Source of the DNA: the human T2T-CHM13v2.0 reference genome, Homo sapiens
DNA: 64,000 nt
Assembly (NCBI RefSeq): GCF_009914755.1
Contig: NC_060935.1
Strand: one strand, 5' to 3'
Numbering within the stretch: position 1 is the stretch's first letter; each line of letters starts with the position of its first letter. The position numbers and the translations under genes are program-made. Shown here piece by piece: positions 17,548 to 32,147 of the stretch. Below the pieces are notes generated by a model that ran no database searches, was not told where the DNA came from, and was given only the letters and a program-made list of their open reading frames with translations.

Positions 17548-17865
17548 GGCCAGGTGCAGTGGCTCATGCCTGTAATTCCAGGAGTTTGGGAGGCCAAGGT
17601 GGACAGATCACTTTAGGTCAGGAGTTCGAGACCAGCCTGGCCAACATGGTGAAACAGCATCTCTACTAAAATACAAAAATTAGCTGGGTGTGGGGGCAGG
17701 CACCTGTAATCCCAGCTACTCAGGAGGCTGAGGCAGGAGAATTGCTTAAATCTGGGGGTGCGGAGGTTGCAGTGAGCCAAGATCGCGCCACTGCACTCCA
17801 GCCTGGGAGACAGAGCAAGACTCCGTCTTGGAAAAAAAAAAAAAAAAAAAAGAGAAAAAAGAAAA
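17548..17865 (+). mobile_element. Alu (AluSx-like)
   Basis: 17-bp TSD AAGAAAGTGGTATCTCA. Confidence 0.95.
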
Positions 17866-17916
17866 AGAAAGTGGTATCTCATTTAGTGATGATTCTTTAA
17901 CAGAATTATTTATTCT

Positions 17917-18235
<319 letters not shown>

Positions 18236-19059
18236 CTACCAAATCGGCAGTGACTTCTGTGCTAGAATGGGTTTCCTTAAAACAAGTGCAACCACAAAGG
18301 CCACGGAAGAGGCACATAAAATGGAAGCACATTGAACACAAAGTTAGGATGACCCTTAAGAATAAAGCTCTCTCACTAGTTTCATATTAAATTACTTTAG
18401 CACTATAAGAATAATTAATGCATGTTTTCTACAGAAAAATATAAAAAATACAGTCAAATGCAAGGTAGAAAATAAAAATCACCCATAATCCCATCACTTA
18501 GAGAGAAGTATTGATACTTGTTAAATATCGTTCATATATTTTTAAACCTACAGTGTTGTTTCATTTCACTTATTACACCAAACAGCATTTTCTTATGGCA
18601 TTAGCTATCTTTGGAACGGGCCTTTAAATGTCTACCCAGTTCTTGCCACTGGTTTCAGTTTTGCCAGCCACTTTCCTATGGCTTTTCTAGATATGTTCAC
18701 GTTCCTCTCTTCTGAAGCTCACTGTTGTTCAGTTCTCAACAGCAGGGCCCCTAGTCGGATATAGCTACCTGCCAGACAATGGGCAAGGGTTCTCTGTTGA
18801 AGCTCCTGGGAAGCCTGTAGGTGGGAGGTGGCACACGCACTCAGCGCTCGCATATGCATGCGCGAACACACCCTACCTCTTTACAGTTCCCTGTGATGAC
18901 TGCTGTGATCAGAGCAGGGGGACCGGTGACCTTGGTGACACCATAGTCCTTGCCTGCACTAACATCCACATCTCTATCAAAGGGGGAGTGTTGCATTTTG
19001 AAGCTAAGAAGTTCCCAAACCACATTAAGTGGCAGTCAGCTCAGTGAGGGAGAATTTGA

Positions 19060-19230
19060 GGGTTGTACCTGGGTTTGAATGAGGGGTTAGTCACTTACCC
19101 AGACAAGTCCTCAGCCTTTCTGCAGTAAGACGGGGCCAACAATACCTAAAATAACTTTCAGGGAGCCCTGAGGGTTGAGTGAGAACCTAGGGCAGTGCCT
19201 GGAACACAGGATGGACTCAAAAATGGTACC
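19060..19230 (+). mobile_element. MIR SINE
   Basis: CCTGGGTTTGAAT...TCAGCCTTTCTGCAGTAAGACGGGG...AGTGCCTGGAACACAG. Confidence 0.55.
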
Positions 19231-19559
19231 TGGAACAAGGACATGGACGGGGAAGGCTCTGGTAAGTTGACGATGGGGAGAGTTGCCCCCTTACAGTCCC
19301 TAAATGCTGATGGCCCCTTCCTAAAGCATCTGTGGTCATTTATTTGACTGTTTATAATACCCTCCCACCAGACAGATGCCACAGGACCTTCCATGGTGTC
19401 TGCCTGAAGTTGTTGATATGACAAGAGGCTTACAGTGCCTCTTCCAGTCCTTTTCCTCTTATTTCCATCATGAAATCTCAGTATGATCTGCAAATTCTTT
19501 ACCTAGTTTCCGAAAACCTTCTTTCAAAAGGAATGTCCCAGACACTCCAGTAGCAATGA

Positions 19560-19754
<195 letters not shown>

Positions 19755-20271
19755 TAAAAGGAACCAGAGCTCCTTCGAGAAATTGACTGATTTTAGGAAC
19801 GGGGCATGGAAAACAGAAAATGAGCTTGGAGCATCTTGTGGTACCAGAAAGTAAGAGTGCTCAAAGAATCCTAAAATGATGAGATGGGAGCCAACCGAAA
19901 GGGCTCTCAACGGGCAAAGCTGGAACAATTTGCATAACAAAATAAATAACACAATATTGCATAATGACCCAAAGTATAAAATAAATACCCATATATGCAT
20001 GCTTACTGATTGAAAAAATAACTAGGGGAGAATAAACCAATCAATCTTCCAATTAATCTATGCATTAATAGATACCACCCTCCCCCAGGAGGTAGAGCAT
20101 AACTTCCCATCCCTTAGCTATGGAATGCACACAGTGACTTCACTCTAAAGACTACAGAGTGGACGTGGCCTGAGGGGCGGGAGTGGGGAATAATACTTGA
20201 CAGTAGAGAAACCAGACAAACATTATCGGGTAGTCAAGGTTAACATCATCAGTGACAAGTCATGTTGATAG

Positions 20272-20500
<229 letters not shown>

Positions 20501-20882
20501 TAGTGTGTATTCTTGATATGATGAGTATGACACTTTACCTCTGTGGACTTCCCCGCAAAAAACCCTATAACCCCACACTAGTCATGAGAGAAACTTTAGA
20601 CTGAAAGATATTCTGTAAAATATCTGATCAGCTCTCCTCTAAACTGTCAAGCTCACCAAGAACAAAGAAAGTCTTGTCACAGCCAAGAAGAATCTAAGGA
20701 CATATAACAACTAAATATGGCATGGGTTCCTGAGACAGAAAAAGGACATTAGGTAAAAACTAAGGAAATCCTAAAGAAGTATGAACTTTAGTTAATAATG
20801 TTAATAGGGGAAACGGTGTGGGGTATCTGGAAACTTTCTGTAATACTCTTGTGACTTTCATGTAAATCTAAAATTGTTCTTA

Positions 20883-21188
<306 letters not shown>

Positions 21189-21406
21189 TTAAATGAGACA
21201 TTTAAATCCTAGAGAAAAGGAATATCCCAGAAGCACCATCACGTGGCCTAACCTAATCCCCAGCAAGGGACCTCTCGAGACCTTCTGAAGCCCCACCACA
21301 ATCTGTAGCCTTCTCTCACAGACCACTTGGTATCTACTCATTTACATATCCATTTGTTTGCAAAGTATTTATCGAGCCCTTGGCCTTGGGTGCAGGGTGG
21401 TGGTTG

Positions 21407-21682
21407 GTCAGGGGGCATGGTGGCTCCCACTTGTAATCTCAGAACTTTGGGAGACCAAGGTGGGAGGATCACTGAGACCAGTTTGGGCAACATAGTGGGA
21501 CTCTGTCTCTTAAAAAAAAATACATAATAATAAATAAAATTAGCCAGGCGTAATGGTCCCAGCTTCTTGGGAGGCTGAGGTGGGAGGATCTCTTGAGCCT
21601 GTGAGGTCAGGGCTGCAGTGAGCCATAATCACACCACTGCACTCCAGCCTGGGTGACAGAAGGAGACTCTGTCTCAAAAAAC
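21407..21682 (+). mobile_element. Alu (AluJ-like)
   Basis: Diverged Alu dimer followed by C-rich tail. Confidence 0.88.
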
Positions 21683-21972
21683 CCCCTAACCTCCCCCCAA
21701 AACCCCAAATGCCCCGCAAAACATATACTACCCCCTCCATCATGCTGGGAGCCACTGAAGGGAGACACCCTGTCATAGTGGTTTGGTCCTCCATTGGCTA
21801 GGGAGGTAGCTGTTTGCTAAGTGAATGTTAAGTCCATCCCAGTCGCTTCCTGCTAACAGTCCACCACGGGAAGTTAGGCATTTAATAATGAGGACACAAT
21901 TAGGACACCTGGGCTTGGTGCATGAGGATTTTTCTATTTTTTTGAAGACAAAGCAAAACAAAAAAACAACCC

Positions 21973-22362
<390 letters not shown>

Positions 22363-22843
22363 TACCTTTTTTTTTTTATTATAAAGGTAATTATGATTAT
22401 TTTTTAAAAATCAGAAAGGAATAATGAATAAAGTTTCTTTTAATACTACCTCCCAGAGATAACTATTATTAATATAGTATAATTTTTCTTCAAATAGGCT
22501 TTTAGTACAAATAGTACATGTACAAATACATGTACTAACCTATCAATTTTTTAAAATCACAAACCGAATTTGAGAAACAGGAACATAATGAAATTATTTT
22601 TCACCTAATGCTGAATCCTGTATTTTGTGGACATCTTTTCAGGTCAGTGTGTTTGGATATATATTTCTTTTTAAGACCTACACAGTTTCCAGGGTCATCG
22701 CTCCCCCAAATTTGAATTGTCAGCTTGATCCCTCTCAGAAGACTAGAGAAACCATACATCCCAGGGCACCTGAAGCAGGGCCAAGCTGGGCTGCAGGTAT
22801 TTTCCACAGTGCTCTAGCAAGGCCTTCTCCGTGGCTCAGTTAG

Positions 22844-23149
22844 GGGGTTTCCCTTCTCCCCTCCCCTCCCCTGTTGGGGTGGGGGCAAGGGTAAGAGCGT
22901 CTCCCTGGAGGAGGTGCCTAAAGCAGGCTGTGAGTCACTCAGAGGAGCTTCCGGGTGAAGTCATGCTGAGAAGCTATTTGCAGACACCTTACTCAAGGAG
23001 GCCTAAGGAAAGCATGGGGGGATGCCATCTCAAGCGAGAAATGGAGAACTTTTAGATTCTCCCCTCCCTGGCCTTTCTAGAGCAGAGGCTGTAACCGGAA
23101 TATCAGAGTCACAGTAAATTACCTGGGATTTCCCCATCAGGGAGATTCC
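22844..23149. promoter_or_regulatory. Putative enhancer: three NF-kB consensus sites, AP-1, ETS-like
   Basis: GGGGTTTCCC 22844, TGAGTCA 22931, GGGATTTCCC 23125, GGGAGATTCC 23140; motif match only. Confidence 0.4.
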
Positions 23150-23560
23150 TGGGTTACTCTCACTGATAACAAGACTAACTACTCACACCCAGGGTCCCAG
23201 GGTGAGGCTGGGCAAGGGAGGCACCAGGGCTGGTTCCACTGCTCAGAGGAGAAATGCAATTCTCTCCTGTGCCTCAAAGTCCAGCATTGTGAGAACACCT
23301 CGGATGCCAGCTCTGGCTCCGCCTCTCACAAAACCTAGGTAAAGTGCTTTGTGCGGAATCTTTTCCTTATGAAAAGGCAGGGCTACCAGGCAGTGCCAAG
23401 CCCTGGGACAGTCAGGTAACTAATTGCCTATTGCGACTCCCAGCTTACAGGGTAATGCTACCTGCTCCTGCTTAACCTCAGAGACTGGGAATCCCAGTTC
23501 TGCCACAGAAGAGGGCCCTTTTAGTTTCCCTGAAGCACTTATACAGAGATTATTGTGTTT

Positions 23561-23872
23561 ATTTTATTTATTTATTTATTTATTTTTGAGACAGAGTCTC
23601 GCTCTTTCGCCGAGGCTGGAGTGCAGTGGCGCTATCTTGGCCCACTGCAAGCTCTGCCTCCTGTGTTCACGCCATTCTCCTGCCTCAGCCTCCCAAGTAG
23701 CTAGGACTATAGGCGCCCGCCACGGCGCCTGGCTAATTTTTTTTTTGTATTTTTAGTAGAGATGGGGTTTCACCGTGTTAGCCAGGATGGTCTCGATCTC
23801 CTGACCTTGTGATCCGCCTGCCTTAGCCACCCAAAGTGCTGGGATTACAGGCGTGAGCCACCGTGCCCGGCC
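23561..23872 (-). mobile_element. AluY
   Basis: GCAAGCTC, TTCACGCCATTCTCC and TTAGCCAGGATGG diagnostics; TSD GAGATTATTGTGTTT. Confidence 0.93.
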
Positions 23873-24029
23873 GAGATTATTGTGTTTATTAATTTGCTTA
23901 CTTGCTCAGTATCTGGTGCCCCTACTCCCTCTAAAATGCAAGCTCTGCATAGCAGGGATTGCCTGAAAAATGTCAGCCACATAGATGCTCAAGACATTTC
24001 TAGAAAAGAAATGAATGCCATCAGCCAAA

Positions 24030-24185
24030 TATCTGACCATGACCCGGGGTAAGTACTTAACCTCTAGACCTCAGTTTCTTCATCTGTAAAGCGGATATGG
24101 TTTCTTCTCTGTAGTGGTTATGAACATATCGCATAAAGCACTAAACCCAATGCCTGACACATAGCAAGAGTTCAATAAAAGGGCT
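24030..24185 (+). mobile_element. MIR SINE
   Basis: CTTAACCTCT...CCTCAGTTTCTTCATCTGTAAA. Confidence 0.8.
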
Positions 24186-25749
24186 CTCTCTGTTATCCTC
24201 AGAGATGACAAGGATCTTGAACCCCACAGTAAACTGCTACATCTCCAATACTGAATGAATTAGCCTCTGTTCAATAAGCCCCACAGGAAGGGGAGCAGGG
24301 GAGGTCAAAAGGAATTGGTGCCTGTGATCCCACCTTCCTAAGAGGATTTGCCTATCAGAGCCATCCAGGACCTGATTGGGGATCTCCTTCTGGCTTTTAA
24401 GCCACAAGCCATGAATACTGCTGACACCACTCCTATGAAGTAGCAACAAGTGATCCATCGCTAATTGCACTTTGCAGAGCTTTTTCTGATCCATGCTAGA
24501 GGCATTAATTAGCTGCAGGAGGTCAGCGCTAGCTAAGTGAACACTCTTTGTGCCCCAGGTAAGGAGACCAAGCTGAGAAGGCAGAGCAGAGCCTGTTCCT
24601 CCTTGAAACAAACTTTCAGGCAGCAAAGCCCTAAACAGAGACAGCTGTGTGGTCTGGGCAAGCACAGCGCCTAGCTTCCCTGCTGCCCACACTCAGAAGC
24701 AGGCTGAGCGCCAGACGGGGAGAGATGCTGCTGGGTTCTGGGGTGGACAGACATCGTGGACATCGGGTGCAGGCTGGTGGGTACACCCCTGCAAGGAAGA
24801 GAAGGGTAAAGGCCAGGTGGGAAGTCCGTGGATATTCTTGTTGGCAGAGGGAGATTAAAAATAGAAAAAAGAGACAGGGCTGGAGAAAGAGGAGGGGAGA
24901 AAAAGTATTAAAATAGAGTTTTTTCCCTGGAAAGAAGAGGTCATTTGGAACAGTCACTTCATATGAAAGGTAAAAAAATGTGTTTTGAAATAGCTGAGAA
25001 AATATGGAAATTTTCTTCTTCCTTTGCTCTTGTTGTAGAAGGGTAGAGAATTCACACTTGTCTTCTACCTCCAGAAGGCAAAGGGCAGAAAACACAGGAC
25101 TCTCTTTAATGTGCCTTTTAAGACAAAAAATTCTTTCTAATTTGGGGTGGGTCACTCGACAGGTTTCAGAGAGGTTATTTCTAGGGCTGGAGAAGGACTC
25201 TGTGCCGCCAGTTTTCCCTAACAGCAGCATTTTAAGCAGCAGATTTTAGGTAGCTTGAAGCCAGAGGACCCCATTCTCTTTTGATGCCTCCCCGGCACCC
25301 CCTCCCCTCAATCCACTGATTTACTCCGGGAGGCCTCAGGGCCCAAGGCCAGGCCTTGATCTCCTGGGGAAGCAGAAGTGATTGAGATGCCGATACATCA
25401 GGCCTGTTAGCCAGGCCAGGAGGGAGACAGGAGGATAAAGAGACAAAGAACCGAGGAGGGTAGATAAACGAAATCGCATCAGCCGCAAAGCTGCTCGCTC
25501 CTAGATAGATTAGCACCTTCCTCTGCCCTAATCATTCCAGACAGCCTCTGCAGCTTGGGTGTGCCCAGCCATCTGGGAACCCTCAGGGATTCGGACTCTA
25601 TTTTGGCAGCTATTATCTGTGGGGGAAATAATTCTCTCCTTGGTGAACCTCAAGTTTATGAGAAAGTTGAATGTATGCAAAAAGACAAAATCATTTAAAC
25701 TGTACAAGGGAAGCAAGCTGTTTAGAAGTATTTTATGGAGTCGTGGCCA

Positions 25750-26245
<496 letters not shown>

Positions 26246-26332
26246 TAAAGGGTAGTCTCATTTTCTGAATCATTATTTGTATAAATCTGGACATTTCCCA
26301 GTTCAGGCTGGCTTCAGTAAGAACCCACTAAA

Positions 26333-26625
26333 GGCCAGGCTCACTTCTGTAATCCCAGCACTTTGGGAGGCCAAGGTGGGCAGATCACCTGAGGTCTGGA
26401 GTTTGAGACCAGCCTGACATGGTGAAACCCCATCTCTACTAAAAATACAAAAATTAGCTGGGCATAGTGGTGGGCGCCTATAATCCCAGCTACTTGGGAG
26501 GCTGAGGCAGGAGAATCGCTTGAACCTGGGAGGTGGGAAGTGGAAGTTGCAGTGGGCCGAGATCGCACCATTGCACTCCAGCCTGGGCAACAAGAGTGAA
26601 ACTCCACTCAAAAACAAACAAAAAA
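26333..26625 (+). mobile_element. Alu (AluSq-like)
   Basis: Alu consensus with a small deletion near the 5' end. Confidence 0.92.
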
Positions 26626-26678
26626 CGCTATGCCACCCACCACCACCCTGGACCACACTCTCACTAAGTCTTTAAATT

Positions 26679-26798
26679 GATACCCCATTTGCCCTGATGT
26701 GTGATTATTCATTGTATGCATGTATCAAAATATCTCATGTACCTCATAAATATATATACCTGCTATATACCCACAAAATTAAATAAATTTTAAAAAAT
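26679..26798 (+). mobile_element. Short 5'-truncated L1 (L1MA-like) 3' end
   Basis: GATACCCCATTT...GTATCAAAATATCTCATGTACC...ACCCACAAAATTAAA; TTTAAATT on both flanks. Confidence 0.8.
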
Positions 26799-26839
26799 AT
26801 TTAAATTAGCTTCAAAGCCCTATATTATCTCCCATACTC

Positions 26840-27232
26840 CCAGCCTCTCTGGCTACCCACACTAGCTGCCTCCTTGCTGTTCTCAAACATGCTAGCCACA
26901 GGGCCTTTGAACTTACTGTTCCTTTTCCTGAAGTATTCCTTTCCCCTGGCATCTGCATGGCTAGGTCCCTCACGACCTTCAGGGCTTTTCCCAAATCTCT
27001 GACCTGTATTTGCCCACTTCCAGCTCTCCCTAGTCAGATTCTCTGCAATAACTTCTCCATAAAACTAACCATCAAATATATGATTCATTCTATTATTTTA
27101 TTGCCTGTCTTCCCAAATACTATGTAATCTCCATGAGGGCAGGGCTTTTGTCTGTTTTATTCATTGCTATATTCTTAGTATCTAGCACAGTACCTGGGAT
27201 ACAGTAGGTACTCAATAAATATTTGTTGAATG
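26840..27232 (+). mobile_element. L2 3' end
   Basis: CCATGAGGGCAGGG...CAGTAGGTACTCAATAAATATTTGTTGAATG. Confidence 0.85.
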
Positions 27233-27460
27233 GAGATGTGCCATGACTTATTCATGTGCATTTGAACAAATACCAATCCGGTACCTACCACGTGCCAAGT
27301 ACTCAACATATATGAGCCATTAAGTCTTGCAACAGCCACTTTATAAATGATGAAACTAAGACATGGAAGCAGAGTGACTGGCCTGAGCTCACAGCCTGAG
27401 CTGGGATTCAAGCCTCGCTCTTTCCCAAGACTATTCTTTCCTTGTGTTTGATCCCATTAA

Positions 27461-27764
<304 letters not shown>

Positions 27765-28049
27765 CACATTCTTTTTGTAATCTCTGACATCTGTTTTCCC
27801 TGCTGGATTAGAAGCTCCATGAAAGCCAGGACTGTCTGGGACCCAGGAGGTACCCAGTAAGTATCTGTGGGATGACAACACCTGATAAGGACCAGGGGTG
27901 GGAGGTGAAGTGGGCTCTGAGTGGATGATTCACTGTCTTGGCCTTTACGTAGCGCCTGGGTTTGTGCGCCCACCTCTGAGCTTGTCAGGGATGGATAATG
28001 CAGTCTACCCTGAGGCTGAGCCAACCAAGGCTTCATTGATGCTGCTGTC

Positions 28050-28340
28050 TTTTTTTAAATTTATTTTTTTTTGGAGACAGGGTGCCCCATGCTGGAGTGC
28101 AGTGGTATTATGATCACGGTTTACCTCAAACTCCTGGGCTCAAGCAATCCTCCTACCTCAGCCTCCTGAGTAGCTGAGACTGCAGACATGCGCCCCCAAG
28201 CCCCAGCTATTTTTGTATTTTTAGTAGAGGTGAGGTCTCACTATGTTGCCCAGACTGGTCTCGAACTCCTGAGCTCAAGTGATCTTCCCATCTCAGCCTC
28301 CCAAAGTTCTGGGATTACAGGTCTGAGCCACCACCCGGCC
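28050..28340 (-). mobile_element. Alu (AluJ-like)
   Basis: Diverged reverse Alu. Confidence 0.9.
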
Positions 28341-29221
28341 TGTCTCTGCCTTTTTTCTACCCCCACCCGGGGCTTTCTGCAAGCAAGACACAGCTATGCA
28401 AACAGACTGCAAGACAGGCCTTTCTGTGTAGCCCTGACTTGTACCACAGTACGAGGTAAGCCCTTTGACAAGAATCTACAGGGAACACTGACATTTGGGG
28501 GGCCAACTGCAGCTGTCACTCTGCCCCTCCCCCACCTCTTGACAAGGATCCACTGGAGACCCACTCCTGGCAGGAAGACATTCTAGTTCATTCAAATGGA
28601 CTGTCTTCCCAAAAAAGCAAGGCATCTGTTTCCACAGAGGCATTTCCCCCCTAAATACTGGATAAAGAGCCAAGAGGCTGGGGACTGAATTATCACTTAA
28701 TAGTCAGGTGGAGTTTCTTATTTCAGTTCCATAATCAATTTCCTCACCACAAAAGATAGTTAATGGACACAGAAGATTTGACAATTCATATGAAAATCAT
28801 CATAACCACAACTGCTACTCATTATAGCCCATTTTTTTCCCCTGGGTTTCTGAGAACAGATGAGAAGAAAAAGGTTGTGTGTGCATTCCCCCCACTGCCC
28901 TCTTTAAAGTGTAAAGCCAAGAGAGCTCGCAAAGAATGCCCTCCTTCCCACAGTCACCGAAACTTTTCCATTTGATGAACCGTCTCCATCGGCTGGTGGT
29001 GACTGTGAAGCCAAGCGGCCAGCAGGAGCAGCTCAAAGCTGGAGGCTGCAATTCCAGGGAGTCTCGAGCGATCCACCTGGCCACTGCACAAGCTATGGCT
29101 TCACTCACTGAGTGGGGCCCCCAAGAAACGGCTTTGCTTCCTTCAGTGCTGCCCTGCTGCCTGACAAGGATCCCACCTGTCAGCACTGGGAAAGCCAGAA
29201 GCAGAGAAGATCTCCTAATAA

Positions 29222-29675
<454 letters not shown>

Positions 29676-29789
29676 TGAGAGAAGGGCTGAACTCTTCAGA
29701 GGCTGAGTTCACAGGGTTTTTAGGGCAAGGGGGAAAGGAAATGGGAGACTTTTTAGTCAAGCTGTCCTTTTTCTGTTTCGAGTTGCATT

Positions 29790-29975
29790 AGGGCATGGTG
29801 GCTAAAAGGAGGATTTGAGAGCCTGATGGTTTGAGTTCCAGTCTCAGCTCTAGCAGTTCCTGTGTGGCTTTGGGCAAATAATTTATTTTGACTCAGTTTC
29901 CTCATCTGTACAGCGGGAATAACAGATTACAGTAATCTCCATGGAAAGTTGTGTGGACTGAGTGAGTTAATATCA
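29790..29975 (+). mobile_element. MIR SINE
   Basis: TTGGGCAAAT...CTCAGTTTCCTCATCTGTA. Confidence 0.8.
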
Positions 29976-30313
29976 CTGCTCCCAAGGCCTAAACGAGGGG
30001 AAAAGGAGAATGTCATTAAACATCCCCATGTGCGTTGAGAGAGCCAGGAAAGGGGGTGGGGAGAGGAGGTGACATTTAACCAGGGACAGTCCAAGGGTGC
30101 CCACCTCATCCTCTGGATTTCCAGCCAGAGGACATCTCTGTTGCCTGAGTACCACAAATGGGGTGAGGAAACAGGAGTGGAAGGAATTGAAAAGATGTAA
30201 TGATCCACAGGGTATCTCTCCCAAGAGTCCAGGTTTGAGATGATGACCCAGCAGGACTGTTTTGCATTTCCCACATCCAGAGCTCCAATGCTGATAATTT
30301 ATTGTTATTATTA

Positions 30314-30445
<132 letters not shown>

Positions 30446-31185
30446 TCAGAAGTTAACAAGATAATCCCCACCTTGTATTCACCTTTAGATAGAATGTAAA
30501 ATTGGTTACCTTTTCATTCTAACATGTAAATGTTTCCCCCCTTCATCATCACTGAACCATATCAAGAATTTAGAATCTAAGGCTGAGTTTAAGTCAGAAA
30601 CAGGCCACAGTCCCCAAGAGCTGCTGGGAACAGCTGGACTCTTCTGAAGGGTCTGTGAAAGTTCCACACATTGATTGAGCCTCCTGGCCCCTTGTTTGCT
30701 TCAACAAATGAAAGAAGCAAAATGCAGAAGCTGCGAGGAGATGGCTCGGGCCCTGCGTTGGAAATCTCTCTCCATGGCCACTGCCCACCTCAACTGTGCT
30801 ATGGAGTTCCCCTCACTTCTGGGGCCCACAACAACTGCACAGAAGAGTGGGCTTTTGCCTTTTATAAATAAAGTCAAGATTCGGTCATGCTTGTGATGAG
30901 GCCTTCTGCCGCAGATCTGTGAAGTGCCTCTGGGTCACCCCTGAGTCAGACCTAGCCACACCCTCCTGATCTAAGGCCTTATCACTGAACCAAGAAGGCA
31001 GGAGGGTGGGAGCAAGGGGCCAGGAGGACAGCCAGTTCCCACCACGAGGACACCCAGACTACTCTAGGACTCCGGAAATCGTGGGGTCTGAGCTTTACAT
31101 GAGATAGTGGCTGAAGGGAGCTTGGCACACAGTATCTGACACGCAGCCACAGGAGGGGCAGGGAGGTTGGTGATCCAGCACTTAC

Positions 31186-31278
31186 CTCATCCTTGTCACG
31201 CGCCCCTGTATGTACCACCCCACTGAGCTGAGTGGCTGCTGGACCATGGCATTTTTGCCCGGCGATGGAGGGGGGTGG
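31186..31278 (-). other. Candidate 93-nt spliced exon (host transcript unknown)
   Basis: Branch CTGAC at -21, pyrimidine tract, CAG acceptor, GAG|GTAAGT donor. Confidence 0.35.
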
Positions 31279-31987
31279 CTGAAGGAGTAGGAATGCTGTC
31301 AGAAAGTTCTAGAATAGTTGTAACTGCATTAACTCTGAGGGAAGAAGAGGCATTGGTATCCTAGGGGAGAAGAGGATTGTGGGGAAAAGAATGACCAGGT
31401 GGGGTCTTCCTGGTGTAAGGGTGTATGACAGATCTAACTAATCACCACAGGATGATGTCTCCTGGGCACTTATGTGGCATCAAGCTAAGTGGCTCATGCG
31501 GGCATTGCCTCAGCTAATCCTCAAAGTCTACAGGACAGGCACAGTCCTTGTCTTCATTTTCCAGAACAGGGAGCTGAACCTTAGAGAAGTCCAACAACTT
31601 AACCCAGTCACAGCTAGGCGGGAGGTAACCTAATGAGGACTTCACCTCAGGCCGGGCCTGGGGTAAACCAAAGCTGGGAGGAAGCTGGGTGTCTCTTGTG
31701 ACAGGACCTCTCCCCTCCACAGCCCTGCCCACCTCACTGACAGTCCGAATCTGGCAGCCTGATAAGGAGGCTGAGGACTCCAGGAGGAAATGCCTGCCAG
31801 TGGAACTTTCTACCTTCCAAAGATCATCACACCCAAGATAACCATGGCTTCTTAAGAACACTGTAGGTGGGGAGAGGGTTCTTTATCTCTACACTGACCA
31901 GCAAAGAGACGTGTGAGAACAAGCAACCCATTTCAAATCTTGCTTCTGCACAAGGACTAGAGACTAGCCTGTTGACCTCTGGCAAAT

Positions 31988-32147
31988 ATATATATATATT
32001 TTAGATGGAGTCTCACTCTGTCGCCCAGCCTGGAGTGCAGTGGCATGATCTTAGCTCACTTGAACTCCGCCTCCTGGGTTCAAGTGATTCTCCTGCCTCA
32101 GCCTCTTGAGTAGCTGGGATTACAGGCGTGAGCCACCACGCCCAGCC
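31988..32147 (-). mobile_element. Collapsed monomeric AluS with (TA)n tail
   Basis: TSD TCTGGCAAAT at 31978-31987 and 32148-32157. Confidence 0.88.

Noticed and set aside
18311-18356. Faint resemblance to U6 snRNA 5' half
   Set aside because: Only short words match, several gaps are needed, and there is no TSD or tail; consistent with chance.
24237-25230. 199-aa and 151-aa minus-strand ORFs
   Set aside because: The 199-aa ORF reads through pyrimidine tracts; neither has a recognisable domain.
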